DNA of 20,766 nucleotides from Thelocarpon superellum (Eukaryota). Where the stretch lies: the NCBI GenBank assembly GCA_026025795.1, contig JAPEUG010000029.1, positions 62,001 to 82,766 of the forward strand, written 5' to 3'. Position 1 is the first letter of the stretch. Each line of letters opens with the position of its first letter. Position numbers and translations under genes: made by a program. Below the pieces are notes generated by a model. The model worked only from the letters and a program-made list of their open reading frames with translations, made no database searches and had not been told where the DNA came from. Positions 1-9,587 of this stretch are shown piece by piece.

Positions 1-1040
1 GTGCACGAGAAGTACTCGGAGATGCTCTCGGGGTGCTACGGGGTGTCGGAGGAGACGACGACGGGGGTGCACCATCTCTACAAGATGTTGAAGAACAAGA
101 CCCTCCTCGTGCCCTCCATCAATGTCAACGACGCCGTGACCAAGTCCAAGTTTGACAACCTCTACGGCTGTCGGGAATCCTTGGTCGACGGCATCAAGCG
201 TGCGACCGACGTGATGATCGCCGGCAAGGTCGCCGTCGTGGCCGGTTTCGGAGACGTGGGCAAGGGATGCGCCATGGCCCTCCACGGAATGGGGGCCCGC
301 GTGATTGTGACGGAGATCGATCCGATCAACGCTCTCCAAGCCGCGGTGTCGGGCTTCCAGGTCGTCACGATGGAGGAGGCGGCGCCGATCGGGCAGATCT
401 TCGTCACCACCACGGGCTGCCGCGACATCCTGACTGGAGCTCACTTTGAGGTGATGAAGAACGATGCCATTGTCTGCAGTGAGTACACTGCCTTGCGTCA
501 GCCAGGTACGCGGCTGATGACGGCCCAGATATCGGGCATTTCGATATCGAGATTGACGTCGCCTGGCTCAAGGCGAACGCCAAGGGCGTGCAGAACATCA
601 AGCCACAGGTGGACCGCTACCTCATGAAGAGCGGGCGTCACATCATCCTCTTAGCCGAGGGCCGACTCGTGAACCTGGGCTGCGCTACTGGTCACTCCTC
701 GTTCGTCATGTCCTGTTCCTTCACCAACCAAGTGCTCGCCCAGATCATGCTGTACAAGTGCGAGGATGCGAAGTTTGGCCAGAAGTATGTCGAGTTTGGC
801 AAGACGGGCAAGCTCCCCATCGGCGTCTATGTGCTGCCCAAGATCCTGGATGAGCAGGTTGCCCTCCTGCATCTTGACCACGTCAACGCCAAGCTGTCCA
901 AATTGACGCCCAAGCAAGCCGAGTACCTGAGCCTTCCCGTCGAGGGACCCTTCAAGTCGGACATGTAAGTTGTGATCACCTGATCTCCCATCCCCCGTGC
1001 ATCGGGGTACTGACTCCCGTGCTCCAGCTACCGCTACTAG
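1..1040 (+). CDS. SAH1: S-adenosylhomocysteine hydrolase (adenosylhomocysteinase), 5'-truncated by the window edge; exons 1-478, 529-964, 1028-1040
   Basis: Family motifs [39 protein letters not shown] and [16 protein letters not shown]. Intron 479-528 (GTGAGT..GCTGAT..CAG) restores [11 protein letters not shown]. Intron 965-1027 (GTAAGT..ACTGAC..CAG) restores the conserved C-terminus GPFKSDIYRY*. Confidence 0.97.
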
Positions 1041-1448
1041 ACTCGCGAACCTTCCTCTCCCGCACCCGTTACGCCATCCGATCCGATGTGTTGGGAAGAG
1101 GCTCAACCCTTCAACATGAGTTACGACGGAACATTCTAGCGGCATTGGTCCTTCAACGGCAATGTGTTTTTTTGCCACTTGCTTCTCAAAATTGGGTCTC
1201 GAGGGTATCTGGGCGCGAATGAAGTGCGACACCGTTTTCACTTGACCCTTCAACCATGGTCAAGCTCCGTCCGTCCCGGAGGCATAGAATCTACATTGTC
1301 CTTCACATCAGCGGTGATTAGATCTGGCATTGGCCCTTATCAATGAGACGTGTGACATGCATCTCCGCGCGCATCCGGCCCGAGCGTGAAGCCTCCAACC
1401 CGCTCATCTCCCCCGCACTCCACTCTCACTCCACCCCCGGCCCGGCAC

Positions 1449-1938
1449 TCAAGACATGGTAACCTGGCACCGACAAGCCGCGTCATAAGCATCTTGCTGT
1501 CCGGTCAAGCTGTACGCGCCCTGCGTGTCCGGACACTTTCCACACCCATCACAGCCCGGCGAGTCCGGAATGCACTCATACCCAGCCATCACACAGTCAT
1601 CCAGCGACGTCGGCGGCGTACCCGTATCGACGCCCGTGTAGACCAGGCTCACCGTGACCTTGACGCACTCCCTCACGACACTCTGCGTCGCGTTGTTCCC
1701 CGCCGCTTGTTTCTCCTCGCTGGGCAGCTTGACGGACCCGTACCCGTACGAGCCCAGGTGGTCTGGAGCGGCGCTCACAACGGCGCTCCGACTCCAGGAG
1801 AGGGCGTGTAGAAATAAGAAAAGCACCCCTGTAGAACACCGGCGGGTCAGCGATGGGATACTGCGACCGAAATGGCAGTGACAGCAATAGCTGGCAAGAG
1901 AGAGAGAGGAGGGGGGAGGTGAAAGTCGTACAGTACAT
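1449..1938 (-). CDS. Small secreted cysteine-rich protein, 128 aa, 8 Cys, unknown function; exons 1938-1932 and 1828-1449
   Basis: ATG TAC T|GTACGA...GCTGAC...CTACAG|GG GTG splices in frame (intron 1931-1829, 103 nt). This gives MYWVLFLFLHALSWSRSAVVSA-APDH, a signal-peptide-like N-terminus, followed by a Cys-rich C-terminal half (C..C..C..CDGCGKC..CRC). Confidence 0.7.
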
Positions 1939-2691
1939 TGTTGTCGCTTTCCGACCTCCGCGCTTTGAACGCTATCCAGCAGTGGGTGATCGAGACGTGG
2001 AGAAGAAAGGAAGGGGAGGGAGACGAAGAAGGAGATTTGAAGATCGTGATTGTATCTTCTAGCATTGCGCCAGGCCAGGTATGCATGCGCGAGGAGGCTC
2101 CATGCGTACCACCTTTCTTCCCTCGGGACAATGCATCCTTCGCTTTCCCCCTATTCATGCGAAAAGTGGATCCTTTTCGTACGCGTGGACATTCGACTGC
2201 GCGGATGGTCCCGAGCCGGCTCTCCAGGTCCTGACCTGAGAAGTCAAGCTCCACCTGCTATACAGATCGAATTCATCATCCGAGCTGTCTTGACGTGACA
2301 GACAGTCTCGCGTACAAGACGGCTGACATCGTCAAGAGTGTGAAACAGGCTTCATCAATTCTTAAGTGGTATCCGCCAAACAGTGGCTTGATCATTAAGT
2401 GATTCTAGCAGGCTACTCTAGGTGTGGTCTTCATGGTTTCTTGAGACATGGTAGCATGGGTAGCGCGGAATTGAAGTCTCTACGCATAGACGCGGACACG
2501 GTCTCGCCAGTGTAGCTACAACAACTGCTCGTACTGTCGCAGCAATCCCGTCCACCATCTGTCCATTTATCTTCCACCAAAGGCCTGATTCTTGTACATC
2601 TAGTATCCCTGACTTCTCTGGTGTCGACAGCTCGCAATTTGGGGCGTGCGTGCTTGCGTGGGCTCAGAAGCTGCCATGGCTGCGGGCAGCA

Positions 2692-5052
2692 CTAGCCCAA
2701 AGTAGTCCATTCCAATTGATTCGTGTCAAAGTTCATCGGAGGCTGTCCGAGCGGGTCAGGGTGACCCCAGGGCGCCGGGCCCACCTGCGGTCCCATACCA
2801 TATGGCATGCCTTGGCTACCAAAGTCCATCGGCATGAGCATCGAGAAGTCGTCGATGTTCATGCCCATTGCGCCGTCGGACTGTGACAGGTTCCTATCCT
2901 GTACACCTGACGCCATTGGCATCAACTTGCGCTTGATACCCGACACGATCAATGGTGGTTGGAGTGGCTGGTCTAGATGTTTGACAGCTGCTTCGCGCGC
3001 CTCCCAGGCTTGTAGGACGAGTCTGGAGAAAAGGGTGAAAAAGGAATTGTCGTCTGGTTCCACGTCCGCGAAGCGAACAGTGAAGTCCTCGCTCATGACC
3101 TCCCAGGCTTTTCCAGCGTGCTCTTGAAGCGGACGCTTTCTCAGATCTCGTATAACATGAATGTAGGCGAGGAAGAAGAAGTGGGATTGGACGTGCCACA
3201 GGTAGCCTTTGGTGAGCGGTGAAGTCAAGAGCTTCGTATCGCACTCGATTGCGCTGAGCGCGTAGGACATGGCGGCGTCACGCTGCGCGTCTGTCTGCTG
3301 CCCGGGCGGCCTCGAATGTCTCGAATAGTAGTGCAGGAGACGATTCTTCGCAAAGTTACTCCGCGTCGTCCAGATGGTCATAAAGTGAAGTGGATTTTCG
3401 ACATTGCAGTTCCTGAGATACTTTTCCTCCATCCTTCTTTCCAGGGCTATCAGCTCGCCACCGTCGGGCACGGGGTCGTTCGGAGGATCCTTGGCAAGGC
3501 CCTTCAGGGAGGGATTGGTAAAATCGAGGTGGAAGTCGCTGTGGCGGACGAAATCGCCAAGCTCGCTGCGCACAACGGCAAACAGCGCCTCGGTGGGTTG
3601 CTCGTGAATCGCTGGCGGGTGTTTCATCTCTGGGCGGATCTCGAAATCGCTCACGTTGATCGGAGTTCTGCAGTCCCACGTGGGTACCAACGTCGTGGCC
3701 TTGAGATTACTCGACATCTCGCACACGCGGTTGTCGAAAATGATAAGCGACCACCAAAGTCTTCGACGCATCTCAGCCTCGAGAGCGGCGCATTTGGCGT
3801 AGCTTGACTCGTTGTGGATGCCCATGCGTTGTGCGATGCGGACAGCAACGCCAAGCGTTGAGGATAGAGAGAGCGCATCTGTACCAGGTTTGGCTGAAAT
3901 CTAGAAGGGTGAGAGGGTGATACGCAGTATGACAAGCCCACGACCTTACCAAATAGAGATACAATGCCGTCAAGCAGTCGCGATCGTCGGACCGGAGAAC
4001 CCCACAATGCAGCAGCGCCTGTTGGCATCCGAATTGGTATCTGGTCAAGAGTTCTTCCCTTGATGAACCAAATAGGGTCCAGCATTCGTCGCCTGTGAGA
4101 CTAAGGATGGAGACACAATAGACACTGAACATAAGCGCTTCCAGCGTGGGACTGATCTTCGCCATATTGCTGGTGGCGTCGATGATGCTTGCTTGCAGGG
4201 TAGGTGTGTGCGTGACTTTGAGCAGTGGGTTGACGTTGTCCAGGTAGACCTGCCAGAGCTTGAAGATCTGGGCATGTTCCGGATGCAGGGTAGAGAGATC
4301 GACATTTGTCTTGCAAGAGCCAAAGAGGAGGAGGTCGTTGTTCTCATGGAAATGATCCCACGCCTTTTTGATCGTACCATCATGCACATCTCCGTGCGAG
4401 AAGGTACTATCATTATCTTCGTCGTAGTCTTCATTATCGTCATCGGCCTTGGGGTTTTGGGACTGACATGATCCACAGCTGTTAGCGAAGCTCAACACTG
4501 GCAACTGTGGTCATACCTTCTGATTCAGAGCATGCCATAGATTGCTAACAAACATCAGTCATCTGCGGTTGTAGATTCCTACGTGAGACGTACGCAGGTC
4601 ACGTACACTGTGTCAAAAGCCGTCGTCGTCTTCTTCCTTGACAGTCGATCTGCCCCCTCAGCCGTTCCTTCTGAATGTCCATCGCCGGGGGGTTCAAAGC
4701 CCCTGCCATCCTCGCTGGGAGACGCTCTGTCTACGGCAGCCGGGTGAAGGGGCTCGAACTTGACGTTATTCTGCCGTAGCAGGCTTTCGTAGTGTCGGAG
4801 ACGTTCCAACAGCTCTCGCTCGGGAAACCTGCGGCGTCGTTGATGCGGACCAAGTTTGGCCGGTACACACGGCGAGCCGGCTTTGATGCAATTGGCGCAG
4901 GGAAATTTGCGGTCACATTTAATCTTGCGTTGCTGACACAGCCCGCACGCAAGCACTCTCTGCGGCTTTCCAGCGGCTCGGGCGGATCCAGCTCCGGGAG
5001 CGGAGGAGAGGGCCGGGGAATTTCGCCCTGGCCCGGGCGTCGTCGTCAACAT
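2692..5052 (-). CDS. Zn(II)2Cys6 fungal transcription factor with fungal-specific TF (middle homology) domain, ~731 aa, resembling bik5/aurR2-type cluster regulators; exons 5052-4607, 4544-4517, 4462-3950, 3900-2692
   Basis: Binuclear cluster ACGLCQQRKIKCDRKFPCANCIKAGSPCVP; QIFKLWQVYLDNVNPLLKVTH; AVRIAQRMGIH...EMRRRLWWSL. Three GT-AG introns (4606-4545, 4516-4463, 3949-3901) join in frame, total 2196 nt. The bik5/aurR2 resemblance is from recall, not a search. Confidence 0.92.
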
Positions 5053-5186
5053 GGCATGTAAAGGGTGCCTTGTTGCTGGTAGGAAGAAACCACTTGAGTA
5101 GGAAGGAAAATGCTCGATCCAGTCGAGACTGCACCCGCAGGCAGAAGCAGGGAGACTGTGACGCAGCTCTCGGGATTTGGGTGAGT

Positions 5187-5212
5187 CCGTCTCGGCCGTC
5201 TCGGCCGTCTCG
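5187..5212. repeat. Tandem repeat of 9-bp unit CCGTCTCGG, ~3 copies
   Basis: ccgtctcgg-ccgtctcgg-ccgtctcg, read directly; ~135 nt upstream of the TF ATG. Confidence 0.9.
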
Positions 5213-5387
5213 AGCTCTTGAAGCGTCCAAACAGCATCGTCGTGGAGTCCGGTTACCGAGCTGCCTGAGGAATACGGGATAGTACTTCGTACTGTCCGTC
5301 GGCTGTTCCGTGGCGGACTTCGCAGTCAATTTCTACAGGCGTCCAGTCGTTTCTGCAAACCCCCTCCTGAACTCGGACTTGATGGAA

Positions 5388-5428
5388 ATCCCACGCCTTG
5401 CTGCGGGGCCTACAGCGAGGCGTGGGAT
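5388..5428. repeat. Inverted repeat / hairpin: 16-bp stem (one T-G mismatch), 9-nt loop
   Basis: Left arm ATCCCACGCCTTGCTG (5388-5403) versus right arm CAGCGAGGCGTGGGAT (5413-5428): 15/16 Watson-Crick pairs plus one wobble. Confidence 0.9.
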
Positions 5429-5748
5429 ACTAGCGGGCGTTAGTCAAAGCCGGAGCGATGAGTACGAGTAGAATCCATACCCGTAGGCGAGGATCCATCG
5501 ACATGGAGGAGGATCGCCTTTCCCGCTCGTTAGAACCCGGGCGAAACTTTGTCGAGAAGTTGCTGTCGGCCTTTTCTAACCCCCGACGCACTTTCATAAA
5601 GGCCGAATTCGACCCGTGCACCGCCGCTTCACAGACTTCAGGAGAGATATGGCCCGGACCTCCGCCAGAATTCAAGCCGAGAGATTCAGCCCCAGCAATC
5701 AGACGCATTCTTCTCTTGGGGCCGAAGCATCGAAAACCCGAAAGCTCG

Positions 5749-5804
5749 AGCATATCGATACGGCATATCGACACGGCATATCGACACGGCACATCGACAT
5801 GGCA
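5749..5804. repeat. Tandem repeat of 13-bp unit GGCATATCGACAC, ~4.3 copies
   Basis: agcatatcgatac-ggcatatcgacac-ggcatatcgacac-ggcacatcgacat-ggca, read directly. Confidence 0.92.
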
Positions 5805-5852
5805 ATCACGGAGGAGACCACGTTTGCATGGAAGGCAGGAGAGTGGTAAGAA

Positions 5853-5858
5853 TATAAG
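5853..5858 (+). promoter_or_regulatory. Putative TATA box of the MFS transporter gene
   Basis: TATAAG, ~150 nt upstream of ATG 6003 and followed by an A/C-rich leader; position is typical but this is inference only. Confidence 0.45.
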
Positions 5859-6002
5859 ACAGCTGCCATCTTCTCATTTCGATCACATTCATGTATCAAT
5901 CAAGCGTCAAATGAAATCCAACTCCCAGATACCAGTTTCCAGGCCATGATCGATCAAACCACCCATATCGTACTAACCGATCAACGACAAATACTCGATA
6001 AC

Positions 6003-7786
6003 ATGCCCGTCCTGGACGCCAAGGAGAGAGTAGGGAGCTCCTCCAGTGTCGAGCGTGACCTCAAGAAACAATCACAATCGCAATCACAAGATGCGGCGCC
6101 CGCTTCAGCGCCGAAGGGTGCTCCCGAAGAACCCGAATATCCGCCCCCGGCCCAAGTCGCCGCCGTCGTGGCCGCCCTCTGCCTCGCCATCTTCCTCGTC
6201 GCACTCGTAAAATTGACTCAATCAAGACTCATCGGTGCCCCCGACTAACAGTCCCAGGACCGCACAATCATTGCCACAGCCATCCCTAGCATAACCGACG
6301 ATTTCCACTCTCTCGATGACATCGGCTGGTACGGTAGCGCGTTCTTGCTCACCTCCTGCTGCTTCCTGCTCCTCATCGGCCGCATCTACACCTTCTACTC
6401 GCCCAAATACGTCTTCCTGGCCGTCATCACCGTCTTCGAAGTCGGATCTGCCGTCTGCGGTGCTGCACCCAACTCTACTGTGTTCATCATCGGGCGAGCG
6501 ATTGCCGGAGTTGGCTGCGCCGGCGTCATGAATGGCGGTATCACGCTGTTGGCGTGCACGGTGCCGCTGGCGAAGAGACCGAGATATCAAGGCCTTTTCG
6601 GCGCGAGTTTCGGTATCGCGAGTGTTTTCGGTCCTTTGCTCGGAGGAGCGTTCACCAGCAACGTCACTTGGCGATGGTGCTTCTACAGTATGTCTCCCGT
6701 CAGCCCGCTGGCCTTCGCGCCCTGTTCCGTTGACACAACGAATCTGGAGTCAATCTCCCCATCGGCGCTTGCACCATCGCCATCATCGCCTTCGTCCTCA
6801 AACCCACGCCGGCCGGCGAGAAAGGCGTGCCGCTCAAACAGCAATTCCTCCAGCTCGACCCCCTTGGGATCTTCTTCATCGTTCCCTCCCTCGTCTGCCT
6901 TCTCCTTGCCCTCCAATGGGGCGGCAGTGCCTACGACTGGTCCGACGGCCGCATCGTCGCCCTCCTCGTCGTCTTTGCCGTCCTCATACTCGCCTTCACC
7001 CTAGTCCAGATCTTCAAAAATGACACCGCCACCATCCCCGCCCGCATCATCAAAAATCGTAGCATCCTGGCTGCACAAGCATACATCTTCTGCCTCGGCA
7101 GCGCGATGTTGGTGCTGATCTACTACGTGCCCCTGTGGTTCCAAACGATCAAAGGCGTCGGCGCTGTAAAATCAGGCATCATGACCTTTCCTATGATCAT
7201 CTCCCTCGTCCTCGGCATCATTCTCTCCGGCGTGGTGACGGAGAAACTACACTACTACACCCCTCTCGCCTACGCCGCCGCGGTCCTGGCGCCCATCGGG
7301 GGCGGCTTGATCTCCACCTGGAACCCCGCTACAAATTACAGCATGTGGATCGGGTACCAGGTCCTCTCCGGCTTCGGCCTAGGAATTGGATTCCAGCAAC
7401 CCAATATGGCTGCACAGACCGTCCTCGCGCGCCCGGACGTCCCCACGGGTGTTTCCATCGTCCAATTCGCCCAGCTTCTAGGCGGCGCGGTTTTCCTCTC
7501 CGTCGCGCAGAACATTCTCTCCTCGCGCCTCGCTTCTGGTTTGGGGCACTTGGTGCCTCACCTGGATCCGCACACGGTGGGAAATCTTGGCGCGACGGAG
7601 TTGAGGAGTTTGGTTAAGCCGGAGAAGTTGGGCGAGTTGTTGGAGGTGTATAATGGGGCGCTTAGGCAGGTGTTTTACCTGGCGACGGGCTTGGCCGCGA
7701 CGGCCGTCCTTGGCGCCGCAGCTTTGGAGTGGAAGAGTGTTAAGGCGCCGGAGAAGAAGGCGGCAGGGGACGAGAGGGTAGAGTAG
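6003..7786 (+). CDS. MFS drug:H+ antiporter, DHA2 (14-TMS) family, toxin/secondary-metabolite efflux pump type, ~556 aa; exons 6003-6206, 6258-6687, 6750-7786
   Basis: Motifs [63 protein letters not shown] and [13 protein letters not shown]. Introns 6207-6257 and 6688-6749 restore these motifs. An alternative in-frame ATG lies at 5946. Confidence 0.94.
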
Positions 7787-8565
7787 GGAAGGTGGGGGAG
7801 AGTGTAGAAGGACACGAGATAGAGTGATCTCGGCGGTTGAAGAACTTGACTGCCATTGCAGTTACTTTGAGTGGTATTGAAACACTGCTTGGGCCTTCCC
7901 ATCCGAATAAAACGAGAGCCCTGGAAACTGGTGGACATGAGTCTGTGCACCCTCCCAGAGGTCGAGACTGACCATGCTCATCACGAGGACATGAGCACAG
8001 CCAAGAGGAACTCCCCCAATTACTCAGTGGACAGTCTGGAGTACTCTCCATCGCATCAGCGCAGAATGTATAGAGCCCTCCAAGCACAATAAGTAATGAC
8101 GGACTATTCTCCAATGGTAGGGTTGAGGGTGCGCAAATCAGTGTCCAACGATTACGAAAGAAGCATTTGCAGCTCGCCACCCATACCTGTAACCCACTAC
8201 CGCTTATATCATCCGCCAGGTCAGACCCCACAGCACCCTCGCCACGTGATTGGCTGCCCAATCGCTGAATGACATCAGGTCCAGGTGTCTCGGTTGCCCG
8301 GGGATTTCCGACGGAGATAAGTGAGGGCCCTGCAAGAAGGGTGGCCTACTTGCTTCGTCTCCCGCTAGGGAATAGGAAGTAAACGCCGGGAGACATCGCA
8401 CACATATACTCCCGGTCTGGTTCACAGACCATAGTATTGGTGGCTCTGGCATTGCTATTTGGTGGAAGCCTAGTAGCGAAAACAGACTCTTCAGATTCGT
8501 CGCCGGTGCTACAGTAAACTCATGGTCCCCTTGTTGCCATTGGCATCGGCTCCTGCGACTCAACA

Positions 8566-9587
8566 ATGACGACAATCACCGGCAAGAAGATCGGCGTCAC
8601 TGGCTTTGGCCTCATGGGTACGATTCCAACGTGTCTCCCGCTCACCGAGGTCCTGAGACTGACGTGCCCCATGCAGGCCTGACCTGGCGTCCGACGCCTA
8701 CGCCTACAGAGGAAGCCATTAAGGTCATGAAGGCGGCGCTTGAAGCCGGTGCAAATTTTTGGAACGCGGGGGAACTGTACGGCACGCCCGAGTACAACTC
8801 GCTTCATCTACTCCACGCCTACTTCACCAAGTATCCGGCCGATGCCGAGAAGGTCGTCCTCAGCATCAAAGGAGGCCTTAAGCCCGGCGCGTTGGCCCCG
8901 GACGGATCCGAGCAAAATGTACGACGCAGCGTCGACGAGTGCTTAAGGGTGCTCGACGGTACCAAGTTCATCGACATCTTCGAATGCGCTCGCGTCGACC
9001 CGAAAGTCCCCCTGGAGACGAACATCGAGGTGCTGGCATCCTACGTGAAAGAAGGGACGATCGGTGGAATTGGTCTCAGCGAGGTCGAGGCCGACCACAT
9101 CCGTCGCGCAAGCAAGGTTCACAAGATTGCCGCGGTCGAGGTCGAACTGAGCCTCTTTTCCACAGACATACTGGAGAACGGCGTGGCGGCGACGTGTGCC
9201 GAGCTCGCCATCCCCGTGGTCGGGTATAGTCCGCTTAGTCGCGGCCTGCTCACGGGACAGGTCACATCCACCGCAGACATTCCCGAGGGCGACTTTCGCC
9301 GCCACCTACCACGTTTCCAGAACGAGACGTTGGAGAAGAACCTAATCCTGGTGCGGGAAGTTCAGTCCGTTGCGCAGAAGAAAGGCTGCACGCCTGGGCA
9401 GATTGCCATCGCTTGGGTCCGGGGATTAAATGGCCTACCGGGCATGCCTGAGGTCGTTCCCATCCCTGGAGCCACAACGGTGGGAAGGGTCAGCGAAAAC
9501 ATGACGGTGGTCACGTTGAGCGCACAAGAGATGGAACACCTGCAGCAGCTCGTATCAAAACACGTAGTAGCCGGTGGGAGATATTGA
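8566..9587 (+). CDS. plr1: Aldo-keto reductase, pyridoxal reductase-like (AKR8 type), ~320 aa; exons 8566-8617, 8677-9587
   Basis: MTTITGKKIGVTGFGLMGLTWRP after removing intron 8618-8676 (GTACGA..ACTGAC..CAG); FWNAGELYG, LSIKGG, FECARVDP, IGLSEV, YSPLSRGLLTG and PIPGAT closely resemble fission-yeast Plr1. The actual substrate is not established. Confidence 0.9.

Noticed and set aside
1449..1828. Hydrophobin call for the 8-Cys secreted protein
   Set aside because: It lacks the two adjacent CC pairs of the hydrophobin C-CC-C-C-CC-C pattern.
5749..5804. CRISPR-like array
   Set aside because: Units are 13 bp and directly abutting with no unique spacers; the context is eukaryotic and has no cas genes.
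5458..5949. 163-aa ORF, and its antisense ORFs, in the TF-MFS intergenic region
   Set aside because: No recognisable domain; it runs through the 13-bp repeat and the putative TATA box, consistent with chance openness in promoter DNA.
2692..9587. Complete secondary-metabolite biosynthetic gene cluster
   Set aside because: No PKS, NRPS, terpene cyclase or prenyltransferase is present, and both flanks reach housekeeping genes within the window.
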